A stretch of DNA of 64,000 nt from Candidatus Cloacimonadales bacterium (GCA_963678315.1 OY782781.1:2656001-2720000), one strand, 5' to 3'. Positions 20,801-30,302 are shown, numbered from the stretch's first letter. Notes: a model not told the origin generated them from the letters alone. Numbers and translations: made by a program.

Positions 20801-23477
20801 TCCATCTTCAAAGGGAAGTAAAATACTTATAAATATTATTAAGAAAGATAATATCATATATTCTGAAGAGATTTTAGCTAAGAAGAATGGAAAATTTGTA
20901 TACAAGTTTGAAACAACAAAGGAAATGATTCCAAATGTCTATTGTGAAGTTAAATTAATTCAAGCAAAGAATGCTGAGAATGACCTTCCACAAAGACTGT
21001 ATGGAATAGTTCCAGTAACTGTTTATTCTCCTGATACTTACTTGGATATAAAATTAGATCATCCTGAAACGGTTAAGAGTAAATCTTCTTTTAAATGTAC
21101 AATTGATGTTGGAAAAGCAGGCAAGAGCCAATATATAGTATCAGTTGTCGATGAAGGCTTATTGAATTCTACAAACTACTCAATTCCTAATATTTGGAAG
21201 CATTTCTATAAGCAAGAAGGCTACATGGCACTCGATTATGACAACATGATGCATTTCATTGATGCTAAAGAAGTGGAGATATTCAGAAATATTTTAATTG
21301 GTGGAGACTATGATTTGGAAGTGGGTTCCGTTAGAACAGCTGCTAATGTAATGGCTTTATCAGCAGACGGAGGACACTTAAGAGCTCGTGGCGGTTCTAT
21401 GGCTAAAATGATAGCTCTACAATCTACAGGAGTAAATAGATTTAAACCTGTATCATATTTCTATGGTGTTCTTGAAACTAACGAAGATGGAATTGGAGAA
21501 ATTGAAGTTGATGTTCCTGATTATTTAGGCTCACTAAGAATAGATGTTGTAGCTTGCCAAGATAAAGCTTTTGGCAAGAAAAGCAGTCGTGTAATTGTAA
21601 GCGAAGAACTTACAGTAATCCCATCTCTACCAAGAGTATTATTCCCAGGTGACCAGTTCATAATCCCTGTTTCGGTTATAACAAGTGATCAAGTTAAAGA
21701 AGATATTACAGTTGAAATTATCTGCAATGATTTATCAAGTATCAAAGGTAAATCTTCAAAGACCATTGCCTTATCAGATGCTAAGAAACAAACTAACTTC
21801 TCAGTCAAAGTAGGTGATAATTTTGGTAAAGCTACTTATGAGATAGTGACTAAATCAGGTAAATATGAGAACAGAAGATTCTTTGAAGTAGGTGTTAGAC
21901 AGCCAAGTCCATACTTATTTGAATCAGATCCTATTGAATTAACAGACAACAAAACTTCTGTAAAAATCACAGAGAAAGGACTAGCAGGAAACAGTCTTCA
22001 ATTCTTGACATTCGAAAAGCCAACTATCTTGGATGCTAACAAACTAATTAGATATTCTGTTAGATATCCTTATGGTTGTGCAGAGCAAAGAACATCAAAT
22101 ATTCTTACTCAAATCCTTCTTAAAAACTATATTTCAGATGTAAATCAAATGAGTGCTATTGATGCTAATGTTCAAAGATATTTTGATAATATCGTTAACT
22201 ATAATGATAATGGTCTATGGTATTGGAAGAATAAGTCTTCTCATAGAGAAATCAGACCTGCACTCAATGCTTATGCGCTTCATACATTTATACTAGCTAG
22301 AGAGAATGGTTATTCTATTAACGAATTTATATATGATGAAGTTCTTAAGTATTTAAAGACTTTAGATTTCTCTGGTACAAGAATAGATTTTGATGAAGCT
22401 TATGTTCTTTATGTTTTAGCATTGGCTGATAATGCTGATATTTCTAGACTTAATTATCTGAATGAATCAGAAGAGATTTTTGTTGATAGCAATGCTACTT
22501 CAATGCTTATGCTGGCTTATAACCAAAGTAACATACGATTAAAGAGTGTCAGTGATTTGGATTGCAAAGTAACAGTTAGCGTGAGAGATAAAGCAAAGAA
22601 TATTCTAAACCCAAATCTTGAAATTGTAAGAGCAATCAATTTACTTAACAACATTATCAATAGTTCAAATAAAAACGAAGCTAACTCTATTGCTAAAAAC
22701 ATTGTAGCTAACCTGAGAAATCCTAGTTGGGGAAATACTTATAGCAAGGCTTGGAGTCTTTTAGCTTATGATACTTACAAAGAAAAGTACTTATCTAGAA
22801 ATAGTTCTCAAGATGCCAAATACCTTGTTAAAGTTGGAGATGAATCTCTAGAGATTGACCTTAAAGATGAGGCTGTTAATATTATTGTTTCAAACTATCT
22901 TGGACAAGACATAGAGATTGAACAACTATCAGGTGTTGATGATAATTTAATCTCACTTAACAAATACTTCATTGAAAAGAATGAAGATATTGAAGATTAC
23001 TCTAAAACATTGAGTTTAGTTGTTAATTATAAAGATGATGAAAACAATATTGTTAATGTAAAGAACTTGGAGCAAGGCGAGACTTTCTTTGTCGAACTTG
23101 AAGTTAGTTCTCAAGTTAGTAATTTGGAAACAGCCTTGATATATTCTTTACCTAGTGGTTGGGAATTTGTTGAAGAAGCTACTAATAGTAATAATGAATC
23201 ATACCAAAGTATTCCACAAACAAGGATACGAGATCCTTGGGACTTCGACTTAAACACCAAAAGCAATAAAGGAACTACTGATTACATAGATGTTAGAGAT
23301 GATAGACTAATTGCCTATGCTACTACAAAGAAGAATAGTAAAATCACAGTAAAAAAAGAAATTAGAGCTATATCAGTAGGAAAGTATCAGATGCCTGCAA
23401 CTACTGTAGAGGATATGTATAATTCTCGAAACAGAGCTTTAATAACTAACCCTGTTGTTTCAGTGAGAAAGAAATAG
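17820..23477 (+). CDS. yfhM: Bacterial alpha-2-macroglobulin (YfhM-type) lipoprotein
   Basis: About 1,885 aa. Lipobox-like ILISC, MG2 motif DRVKIRPGE, thioester YPYGCAEQ, C-terminal DVRDDR and EDMY motifs, directly followed by pbpC. ATG at 17820 preferred over TTG at 17808. Confidence 0.93.
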   Translation: MTKFQRNYLALLLVILLILISCSKASYKGEDESGEIIKVKTGYEYVQEQNENNEIDSDNSVSYDATVVQTINNDQKVISTRLNSWNNNQDYYEIVFSDKLKIASASPEFKEALTIKPSIKGKFVYKNDQTIRFEPSENFSANTNYRVTLKQNLLFDEELPKIELSFYNSTPSLNLGTVSLIPTNNNKLKVKINIDTYNGTLSDQEFMQAVKLELDRTKVDLDKIERQKNNNIVIYSKDLSATSNTRVTVSLNNKYSKIRNRSFTNRVSEMRKLRLYSLRTETSTSGKVIVYAEFSKELKKNQVMDGLVKVYKDDKLINCKISKYNSKLNIIGNFERNQKYKVVFTTGIKADDGSTLPQEESRELQTYNIDRSVAFNDKGIFLSSDNDNAININVTNYSKIRYNLYEIPLQNFAEMIHNIDIDNMAATQSNNRYALRNIDWFGALIKSETIELDKQVDKKLNYKLELADKIEKDKNKVLILSVDGIADNKDNIMTSNNYWYYNGSSSKMMILSDYSVSAKTFDNSINIKVSDILTLDNISNAEVVVKTNNNIIYGKGRTNSQGFVKISNKDLDLVNNGFFITVSKKDKFGFLESSSMYIDDTAFDIQRDFSDNSTKFKVFLDRVKIRPGEDVNITCVIRDENNELVNSDIPTTITIYDNQGNEFLKDKLTNGKSGMLSYRFSTEVTSETGTWAVEVSNGPKKERLSFNIEEFVPDKIDVEISTDKDYYMAGDRQSTVTVDNKYLFGSPLVGNDCNISFQTSINNRFAYKKFSDYDFISSTNFDFNSTSPQIRTIKTDDQGIVSTTFDLINASEVSSPYFITVEAKTSDDGGRVVSRKKTRQVFPNEYFIGLYKDQYLKKKDGKFKVPLVVLDYNEKKVSKALELEYRVYAKERNWWLSSWEADQIGFKSSESTKKIAEGVLTNSKNNVIEFELIDENLSEFLVEVNIKGDTSSVMSKKYYDWYWNDNNDITEDTSLEIKTDKPKYEVGQEVKISIPSSKGSKILINIIKKDNIIYSEEILAKKNGKFVYKFETTKEMIPNVYCEVKLIQAKNAENDLPQRLYGIVPVTVYSPDTYLDIKLDHPETVKSKSSFKCTIDVGKAGKSQYIVSVVDEGLLNSTNYSIPNIWKHFYKQEGYMALDYDNMMHFIDAKEVEIFRNILIGGDYDLEVGSVRTAANVMALSADGGHLRARGGSMAKMIALQSTGVNRFKPVSYFYGVLETNEDGIGEIEVDVPDYLGSLRIDVVACQDKAFGKKSSRVIVSEELTVIPSLPRVLFPGDQFIIPVSVITSDQVKEDITVEIICNDLSSIKGKSSKTIALSDAKKQTNFSVKVGDNFGKATYEIVTKSGKYENRRFFEVGVRQPSPYLFESDPIELTDNKTSVKITEKGLAGNSLQFLTFEKPTILDANKLIRYSVRYPYGCAEQRTSNILTQILLKNYISDVNQMSAIDANVQRYFDNIVNYNDNGLWYWKNKSSHREIRPALNAYALHTFILARENGYSINEFIYDEVLKYLKTLDFSGTRIDFDEAYVLYVLALADNADISRLNYLNESEEIFVDSNATSMLMLAYNQSNIRLKSVSDLDCKVTVSVRDKAKNILNPNLEIVRAINLLNNIINSSNKNEANSIAKNIVANLRNPSWGNTYSKAWSLLAYDTYKEKYLSRNSSQDAKYLVKVGDESLEIDLKDEAVNIIVSNYLGQDIEIEQLSGVDDNLISLNKYFIEKNEDIEDYSKTLSLVVNYKDDENNIVNVKNLEQGETFFVELEVSSQVSNLETALIYSLPSGWEFVEEATNSNNESYQSIPQTRIRDPWDFDLNTKSNKGTTDYIDVRDDRLIAYATTKKNSKITVKKEIRAISVGKYQMPATTVEDMYNSRNRALITNPVVSVRKK

Positions 23478-25784
23478 TTGAATAAAAAGCTTAGAATATC
23501 ACTAATAATAATATCTGCAATAGGCTTGCTTATTGCAGGTATTCTTTTTTTTCTGCCTATCCCTTCACCTAATTCATGGACTTATTCTCGAGTTATTAGG
23601 GATGAGAATAATAAGTTGCTACGAGTATATCTGGACGATAATGAACAATGGCATTTAGAATATAAAGACCAGATTCCTGATAAGCTTAAAAAAGCTATTC
23701 TAACTTATGAGGATAAGGACTTTTATAATCATTTTGGGATTAGCTTTACTGGTATATTAAGAGCTCTAAAACAGAATATTTCTGAACAAAAGGTAGTAAG
23801 TGGTGGTTCTACCATAACTATGCAAGTTGCTAGAATTTATGGACAAAGAGATAGAACTGTCTTCAATAAAAGCATAGAAATGTTACAGGCTGTTAAAATG
23901 GAGATGCTTTATTCTAAAGAAGATATACTCAGAATGTACTTAAATAATGCACCTTATGGTTCTAACATAGTTGGAATATCTTCAGCTTCTTATAAATACT
24001 ATCAGAAAGACCTGACTGAGTTAACCTGGGCTGAAGCTTGTCTTTTTGCAGTTTTACCAAATAATCCTGGTTACCTCTACCCTGGTTCTAATACCGATAA
24101 ATTAAAGAACAAAAGAGATAAACTTCTCTTAAAGTTATATAATGAAGGAATAATTACAGAGCTTCAATACAAAACTTCTTTTAAGGAAAGTATTTCTAGC
24201 AGAATTTATAGATTCCCATTACATGCTCCCCACTTCTGCGATTATGTTAATAGAAACAACAAGAACGTTGAACAAACAAGCCTTTCTTTGGATATACAAA
24301 AGACATTAGAAAACAATCTAAATACTTATAAATACTTCCTGCATAGCCAAGGAATTAAGAATCTAGCTATTTTAGTTACAGATACACAAACTCAAGAAGT
24401 CAAAGCTTATGTTGGTTCACATGATTATTTAGATGACCACCTTAATGGGCCTATTGATGGTGTTCAAGCACAAAGGTCAACAGGTTCTGTATTAAAACCA
24501 TTCATTTATGGATATTGCTTTGAGAAAGGGATTATAACTCCCGAATCTTTAATAGAAGATGTGGAGATGGGTTATTCTATAAACTTACCTAAGAACTACA
24601 ATGATACATATATGGGGGTTGTTAAAGCCAAAAGGGCTCTTCAGAAATCATTAAATATCCCTGCATATTTCGTAACGCAAGAGCTAGGATTACAGAATAC
24701 TCTAAATGTCTTAACTAGTGTGGGGATGAAATCACTAGACAAAAAGGCTGATCACTACGGACTCTCAATCTGTATTGGTGGAGCTGAAGTGAGCCTCTGG
24801 AACCTTTCAGAGATGTATCTTACATTGGCAAACCAAGGAATACACCGAAGTTTAAAATACTATCCTAAGCAAGAACAATCTCAAAGTAAGAGTTTATTGA
24901 GTCCAGCTTCCTGCTGGCAAGTCTTAGATATTCTTGAAGGTATCAAGCGACCAAGATTAATTACATCAAAGAAAGTTAGTAATATTAGATTTTCATGGAA
25001 AACAGGTACCAGTAATGGCTTTAGAGATGCTTGGGCTGTGGGAAGTAACAAGAAATGGACTATTGCTGTTTGGTGTGGTAACTTTACTGGTGAAGGTAAC
25101 CCTAACTTGATTGGTTCTACTATAGCAGGAAGAATTCTCTTTGAAACACTTGAGAATCTTGATAACAACGGACAATTAGTATTCCCTTATCCTAATGCTT
25201 CGTTTAAGACAATACCTATCTGTGCTGAAACTGGATATTCTATAACTAAAAGCTGTGAAGATACATTATGGTACAATGTTCCAAAAAGTTCTTTTATTCT
25301 GCCTAAATGTCCTTATCATAAGACTATTATTGTTAATGAAGATAGCACCATGCAGGTGTGTTCAAAATGTTGGCAAGGAATTAAAACTAACAAGATGAAT
25401 GTTCTTGATTATCCAGCTAATATAGATTACACACTAGTAAGCAATGGTGACCAAGTTCCCTTTATTCCTCCCCATAAGAAAGATTGCCCTTCTATACTTG
25501 GGGAAGAAAACTCTTTTACTATTCTATATCCTAAACATGGACACAAAATCTATCTACCTATAGATTCTTCTGGTCGAGTTAATTCATTTAGAGCAATTGC
25601 TCATTGTAACGATATGAACGAGAGTCTGTATTGGTATCTAGATAAGAAGTATCTAGGTAAGACTGATAATAGCCATGAACTAGATATAGTAACTAGGCAA
25701 GGTCAACATGATTTGCTTTTAATTAATCAGGATGGAGTTGAAAAAAGAGTTTCTTTCAACGTCATCAGAAAAAAACTTAATTGA
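23478..25784 (+). CDS. pbpC: Penicillin-binding protein 1C
   Basis: N-terminal TM; transglycosylase EDKDFYNHFG and GGSTITMQ; transpeptidase SVLK, SLN, KTGTS; C-terminal PBP1C domain (LYWYLD); abuts the A2M gene. Confidence 0.93.
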   Translation: MNKKLRISLIIISAIGLLIAGILFFLPIPSPNSWTYSRVIRDENNKLLRVYLDDNEQWHLEYKDQIPDKLKKAILTYEDKDFYNHFGISFTGILRALKQNISEQKVVSGGSTITMQVARIYGQRDRTVFNKSIEMLQAVKMEMLYSKEDILRMYLNNAPYGSNIVGISSASYKYYQKDLTELTWAEACLFAVLPNNPGYLYPGSNTDKLKNKRDKLLLKLYNEGIITELQYKTSFKESISSRIYRFPLHAPHFCDYVNRNNKNVEQTSLSLDIQKTLENNLNTYKYFLHSQGIKNLAILVTDTQTQEVKAYVGSHDYLDDHLNGPIDGVQAQRSTGSVLKPFIYGYCFEKGIITPESLIEDVEMGYSINLPKNYNDTYMGVVKAKRALQKSLNIPAYFVTQELGLQNTLNVLTSVGMKSLDKKADHYGLSICIGGAEVSLWNLSEMYLTLANQGIHRSLKYYPKQEQSQSKSLLSPASCWQVLDILEGIKRPRLITSKKVSNIRFSWKTGTSNGFRDAWAVGSNKKWTIAVWCGNFTGEGNPNLIGSTIAGRILFETLENLDNNGQLVFPYPNASFKTIPICAETGYSITKSCEDTLWYNVPKSSFILPKCPYHKTIIVNEDSTMQVCSKCWQGIKTNKMNVLDYPANIDYTLVSNGDQVPFIPPHKKDCPSILGEENSFTILYPKHGHKIYLPIDSSGRVNSFRAIAHCNDMNESLYWYLDKKYLGKTDNSHELDIVTRQGQHDLLLINQDGVEKRVSFNVIRKKLN

Positions 25785-25808
25785 CACTATTGTTAAAGAT
25801 TATATAAT
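25781..25808 (+). promoter_or_regulatory. Sigma70-type promoter for the downstream secreted protein
   Basis: TTGACA (25781-25786), 16 nt spacer, TATAAT (25803-25808). Confidence 0.6.
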
Positions 25809-25824
25809 ATGAAGAGAGGTTTAT

Positions 25825-26604
25825 ATGAAAAGTAAAATAATGATATCATTGCTATTTGTAATGTGTGTTTTTTCTGTGTGGTCTAGTAATATTCAAGATT
25901 TAGAAACTCTTACATTTGATATTAGATATGGTGTAATTTCAGCTGCTGAAGCTGAATTAAAAGCAGAATATATAGAATATACAGATATTTTTAATACTGA
26001 ACCTGTCAGTGCTTTAAAAGTTACATCTACAGCTAAAACTTATTCATTCTTTGATGTTTTCTTTGAAGTTAGAGACGAGATAACATCTATTTCTGAGAAA
26101 GAAAGTGGATTAGCACTGTTTTACAGAAAGAAGCTTAGAGAAGGCGGTTATAAGCAAAGACGCCTACACTATTATTTGAGAGATTCTGGTCTGTGTATTT
26201 ATAAGAAATGGCGTTATAAACAAGAGAATTTCAAAACTAAGTATATAGATATTCCGGAAGACACTTATGACTTTCTTGGTGCATTCTACAAGATAAGACA
26301 GATGGATTTACAGGTTGGAGATGAACATTTAATGAACATGTCAGGAGATGGAACTACCTTTACTGCAAAGATAATAGTGCATAAGAAAGAAACATTAGAC
26401 ACTATCTTTGGTAAGAAAGAGTGCTTGTTGATTGAACCTCAATTAGCTGGTGAAACCATTTTCAAGAACACAGGTAAAATCATGATATGGTTAACTAATG
26501 ATGAGTACAAGATTCCAGTAAAAATGGAATCTGAAGTTAAATTTGGTTCTTTTGTAGCAGATTTGAAAGATGCTAAGAATGTTGGATTAAGTAAGAAAGA
26601 CTAG
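25825..26604 (+). CDS. Secreted DUF3108-like protein
   Basis: Signal peptide; ETLTFDIRYG, TIFGKKECL and IWLTNDEYKIPVKM motifs resemble DUF3108; GAGAGG RBS. Confidence 0.75.
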   Translation: MKSKIMISLLFVMCVFSVWSSNIQDLETLTFDIRYGVISAAEAELKAEYIEYTDIFNTEPVSALKVTSTAKTYSFFDVFFEVRDEITSISEKESGLALFYRKKLREGGYKQRRLHYYLRDSGLCIYKKWRYKQENFKTKYIDIPEDTYDFLGAFYKIRQMDLQVGDEHLMNMSGDGTTFTAKIIVHKKETLDTIFGKKECLLIEPQLAGETIFKNTGKIMIWLTNDEYKIPVKMESEVKFGSFVADLKDAKNVGLSKKD

Positions 26605-26631
26605 ACTTTTCTTTTAATAATAAAGATAAAG

Positions 26632-26650
26632 GGAAGGGTTTACCCCTTCC
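26632..26650. terminator. Probable bidirectional intrinsic terminator between convergent genes
   Basis: GGAAGGG-TTTAC-CCCTTCC hairpin flanked by A- and T-rich runs. Confidence 0.6.
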
Positions 26651-26965
26651 TTATTTTACATAATTATTTATCTTTGATTTAAGAACGTTCTTTGAAACAA
26701 CTCCAATTGTCTTATCTACAAGTTCTCCATCCTTAAAAATCAGTATTGTAGGTATGCTTAATATGTTAAATTTAGCAGTCAATTCAGGTTCATCATCAAC
26801 ATTAACTTTAAACACATTAACGAAATCCATTTCGTCTTGAACTTCTTCAACTGTAGGCGTCATCATTCTACATGGACCACACCAGATTGCCCAAAAATCT
26901 ACGATACTAATTCCAGTTTTAACAGATTCTTCAAAGTTTTTGTTGGTAAGAGACTTAAGCAACAT
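26651..26965 (-). CDS. trxA: Thioredoxin
   Basis: DFWAIWCGPC active site, SIPT motif, 104 aa, AAGGAG RBS. Confidence 0.96.
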   Translation of the reverse strand: MLLKSLTNKNFEESVKTGISIVDFWAIWCGPCRMMTPTVEEVQDEMDFVNVFKVNVDDEPELTAKFNILSIPTILIFKDGELVDKTIGVVSKNVLKSKINNYVK

Positions 26966-27072
26966 ACTATCTTCTCCTTTGACACATTTCTTAGTTATAC
27001 ATACAAGATTAATGCGTTTTATTTCATAAACATATTATAACTTGTTTTCTATAGATTACAAACTTAAATAAT

Positions 27073-27098
27073 AAAAAAAGGCTGATTTAATCAGCCTT
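27073..27098 (-). terminator. Intrinsic terminator
   Basis: AAGGCTGATT/AATCAGCCTT inverted repeat followed by a T run on the minus strand, just past the 27125 stop. Confidence 0.7.
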
Positions 27099-27124
27099 AT
27101 GTCATATCAGATGTGAAATATAAC

Positions 27125-28801
27125 TTACTTGAGGAGTGTCATTTTACTGACAGTGCTATTATCTCCAGCAGTTAGTTTATATAAATATATTCCTGAGGGA
27201 ATTTGCTTATCATCATTGTTTCTTCCATTCCATACAACTTTATTGCTATTTGAATCTAGGTTATTGAATGTCTTAACTAATTGGCCTTTTACATTATAAA
27301 TTGAGATAGATCCTTTTATTCCTTGAGGGATGTTATAGCTAATAGTAGTTTGTGGGTTAAATGGGTTTGGATAGTTTGAAAGAGAAACTTGAGGAGCTTC
27401 TATATCAGCATCAGCATTTGCTACTGAAGTTTGAACAATTGAGAGATCATCCATCAATAAAACAAATTGAGCAAAGTTATCTTGTGTATATGCATGGAAT
27501 CCTAAGAACTTAACCCCATTTTCTTGAGGAGTATATTCGAATGTTGCTAATTGATAGCTTGAATTTGTGATTGCAGAATTATCATATAATTGAACAGTCA
27601 TTGCATCAGCATTTGCATCATCACCAATACACACTTCCATTTGTTCTGAAACTCCGCCATAAGCAGCAGCTTTATACCAGAAAGATATTTCATAAGTATT
27701 ACCTGCAATCATATTCAGAGCTGGAGTCCATAACCAGTCATCGTGTGGACCTGAGAATGAGAACATCATATGAACAGCATTGTCACCAGTATGGGCATTT
27801 TGGCTATTCTCACTATTAGCCAAGATAGACCAGAATGAACCATCACTATTAGTATCATCATAAGTCATTCCAAGAGGTAAGTAGCCAACTTCACCTGATT
27901 CGAAACCTTCTGTATACATGTCAACAGTATTAAAATCAACAACTATTTCATTTTGAGTAATGAATGACCAAACAGGACAGTCACTTGCATCGCCATTTTC
28001 ATTACTTGGAACAATTTGCCAGTTATATGCTTCAGAATATGCTAAAGCTTGCTCTAAATGATATTCGAATACATCACTTACATCAATACCGTTAGCAACA
28101 TTTGTTGGGGGATAGTCTGTTCCTACATACAATTTATAAGTTGTTGGTCTTCCACCATTAGAAGTCCATTTAAAATTAGACTGCATAGTTTGATCATCTA
28201 AGCTTAACAAAACACTAGATTCATTTTCTGCAGGGAAAACAACAGATGCTGGGTTAGGAGTAACTTGGCTTGATTCCCATGATACATCATCAATATAAAT
28301 TGAATATGCATAATCACCAATAGGGTGATGGTAGAATGCAATATAGCTATCAGTTGTTGCTTCAAAATTAACTTCATAAGTTCCATAATCCATTGTAAGA
28401 GGAACTAAAGAAGTTTCAGTATAAGTAGAAGCATCATTAGGGTCAGTCATAGTTCCAACTGAGATATATAAGTCACCAGAAGCTAAGCCACCAAAAGCTT
28501 TAAATTGTAAGCTGTTTGCAGAGATATCTGTAAGCTCAGGTGTTACAAGATATAAATTATCTTCATTATTTTCAGTATCACCATTCAATTTTACAAAGTT
28601 ACTACCTGAATAAGCATCGTAGCTAAAATCTTGTACCCATACCCCACCTTGGTCATAATCTGTTTCGATGTTTGATGTCCAGCCAGTTGGTAAAGTAAAT
28701 TCTGATGTTGTTTCGAATGATTCAAACAATGTACTAACAGGGTCAGCAACCAATGACAACATAGAAATTAAACAAAAAACTAATGTTAGAATCTTTTTCA
28801 T
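27125..28801 (-). CDS. Secreted protein with two cleaved-adhesin/choice-of-anchor-J-like domains, an FN3-like domain and a FlgD-Ig/T9SS-like C-terminal sorting domain
   Basis: Signal peptide; ESFE..LPTGW, YIDDV, EGFE, DDWLWTP, MDDLSI; C-terminus NYPNPFNPQTTISY...IYNVKGQLV...SGIYLYKL...KMTLLK. Confidence 0.85.
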   Translation of the reverse strand: MKKILTLVFCLISMLSLVADPVSTLFESFETTSEFTLPTGWTSNIETDYDQGGVWVQDFSYDAYSGSNFVKLNGDTENNEDNLYLVTPELTDISANSLQFKAFGGLASGDLYISVGTMTDPNDASTYTETSLVPLTMDYGTYEVNFEATTDSYIAFYHHPIGDYAYSIYIDDVSWESSQVTPNPASVVFPAENESSVLLSLDDQTMQSNFKWTSNGGRPTTYKLYVGTDYPPTNVANGIDVSDVFEYHLEQALAYSEAYNWQIVPSNENGDASDCPVWSFITQNEIVVDFNTVDMYTEGFESGEVGYLPLGMTYDDTNSDGSFWSILANSENSQNAHTGDNAVHMMFSFSGPHDDWLWTPALNMIAGNTYEISFWYKAAAYGGVSEQMEVCIGDDANADAMTVQLYDNSAITNSSYQLATFEYTPQENGVKFLGFHAYTQDNFAQFVLLMDDLSIVQTSVANADADIEAPQVSLSNYPNPFNPQTTISYNIPQGIKGSISIYNVKGQLVKTFNNLDSNSNKVVWNGRNNDDKQIPSGIYLYKLTAGDNSTVSKMTLLK

Positions 28802-28837
28802 TTTTTTCTCCTAATTATATATAATAAATCATAAACA

Positions 28838-28864
28838 TTAACACTGTTTCCTTAACAGCGTTAA
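28838..28864. promoter_or_regulatory. Candidate tandem TetR operator sites
   Basis: TTAACACTGTTT and the palindrome TTAAC-AGC-GTTAA upstream of the 28801 start; same motif at 29493-29504. Confidence 0.55.
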
Positions 28865-28900
28865 CTTTCATCCTAAAAAAAATTTATCCTTATAAATCTA

Positions 28901-29488
28901 TTAACATACACCTTTCACTACAGTGTTGATGCTTTCATTAATAAGTTCTTCAACATTTTCCCAATGAAAACTAGGTCTACTTGTTAGCAAGGAACATAAG
29001 CCGTGTGTATTAATCCAAAGTATTTGAGCAACCAATTGCTTATTGGTCATCTTAATTTTTCCAGTCTTAATACATCTTTCAGTTAATAGAACAAGAATTT
29101 CGTAACCTCTTCCTGCATTACTAATTCCCAGCTTAAATGATTCAGTTTCAGAAAACAACTTTGTCATAAGCTTATACAAACCAGGATTTTCCATTGCTCT
29201 TTCTACATAAACTCTCATATAAAGTTTCAAGTTTTCCAAGCAATCCTTTTCGGTATCATTGAGGATTTTCTCGTACATCTCAGCATACTCGTTAAAGTAG
29301 TCTTGGGTAAGAGTTTTTAAAATATCATTTTTGTTAGAAAAATATATATAAAGAGTTGTAGGAGAATAATGTATTTTCTTTGCTATATTTCGCATAGAAA
29401 CATTATCAATTCCTTTTTCTATAAATAGCTCTCTCGCAGCATTTATAATCAACTCTTTCTTTTTTATTTCATTATTAATATTTTTCAT
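28901..29488 (-). CDS. TetR/AcrR family transcriptional regulator (WHG-like C-terminus)
   Basis: IINAARELFIEKG..VSMRNIAKKIHYSPTTLYIYFSNK HTH; LWINTHG near the C-terminus. Confidence 0.92.
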   Translation of the reverse strand: MKNINNEIKKKELIINAARELFIEKGIDNVSMRNIAKKIHYSPTTLYIYFSNKNDILKTLTQDYFNEYAEMYEKILNDTEKDCLENLKLYMRVYVERAMENPGLYKLMTKLFSETESFKLGISNAGRGYEILVLLTERCIKTGKIKMTNKQLVAQILWINTHGLCSLLTSRPSFHWENVEELINESINTVVKGVC

Positions 29489-29492
29489 AAAA

Positions 29493-29504
29493 TAACGCTG
29501 TTAA
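29493..29504. promoter_or_regulatory. Candidate autoregulatory TetR operator
   Basis: TAACGCTGTTAA lies 4 nt upstream of the tetR ATG and downstream of a TTGACA (29523-29518). Confidence 0.55.
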
Positions 29505-29532
29505 TTCTTAACAAAAATGTCAAGAACTTTTT

Positions 29533-29922
29533 TTAATTATTTAGCCTAAAGGTATGAGGCAAAATCTCTTTAAGTGTTGTTGCAATAATCTTATCATCAT
29601 TACCATAGATAATGTCAACATCTTCCCCAAATTCAGCGATTACTTGTCTGCAAGCTCCGCAAGGAGGAAATAATTTATCTGTATCAACATAAATGGCAAT
29701 AGCTTTAATATTTTTTTCTCCATTGGCTACCATATTAAATATGGCATTTCGTTCTCCACAGATAGAGAGTCCATAAGAAGCATTCTCGACATTACATCCA
29801 ACGAATATTTTATCTGTATCAGTTAAAACTGCTGCACCTACATGATAATTAGAATATGGAGCATAAGCTTGCTTAGAAACTTCTTTTGCCTTTTCAAACA
29901 ATTCTTTATATATATATTTCAT
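29533..29922 (-). CDS. cdd: Cytidine deaminase
   Basis: AYAPYS, GCNVENASYG, CGER and PCGACRQ zinc motifs; 129 aa tetrameric type. Confidence 0.96.
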   Translation of the reverse strand: MKYIYKELFEKAKEVSKQAYAPYSNYHVGAAVLTDTDKIFVGCNVENASYGLSICGERNAIFNMVANGEKNIKAIAIYVDTDKLFPPCGACRQVIAEFGEDVDIIYGNDDKIIATTLKEILPHTFRLNN

Positions 29923-29941
29923 GATCTTCTCCTATAAGCTA

Positions 29942-29969
29942 ATTATAATAATAATTTGTTTTTTGTCAA
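29942..29969 (-). promoter_or_regulatory. Sigma70-type promoter of cdd
   Basis: Minus strand TTGACA-N16-TATAAT, then AGGAG RBS. Confidence 0.65.
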
Positions 29970-30062
29970 CAATAAGGATTATTTTTTTAGTATTACTTAC
30001 GACTAGATGATTTTCAATATAAGTTACAATCATTTCTTAGCGATAAATCATTCTGATTTACC

Positions 30063-30089
30063 TTTAACCCAGATGATGCATTAGGCTTG
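30063..30089. repeat. Dispersed 27-bp intergenic repeat (inverted copy of 17734-17760)
   Basis: TTTAACCCAGATGATGCATTAGGCTTG, 26/27 match. Confidence 0.75.
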
Positions 30090-30302
30090 ACAAAAATAGT
30101 GCAGATTCTTTCAGCAAAATAGCTTACAGAATCGAAGCTTGAATAATATATATTCTAGTTGAGATTATGGAAGTTATTCTTGCCAAATAATATAGTGCTA
30201 TTTTCAAGTCCTAGTGTATTATTTGGGTATAATATAAGTAGCATTCTATTGGCCACCTGCATTAAAACATAATTTAATGCAGGAGGCACTTGAAGATTAA
30301 GC

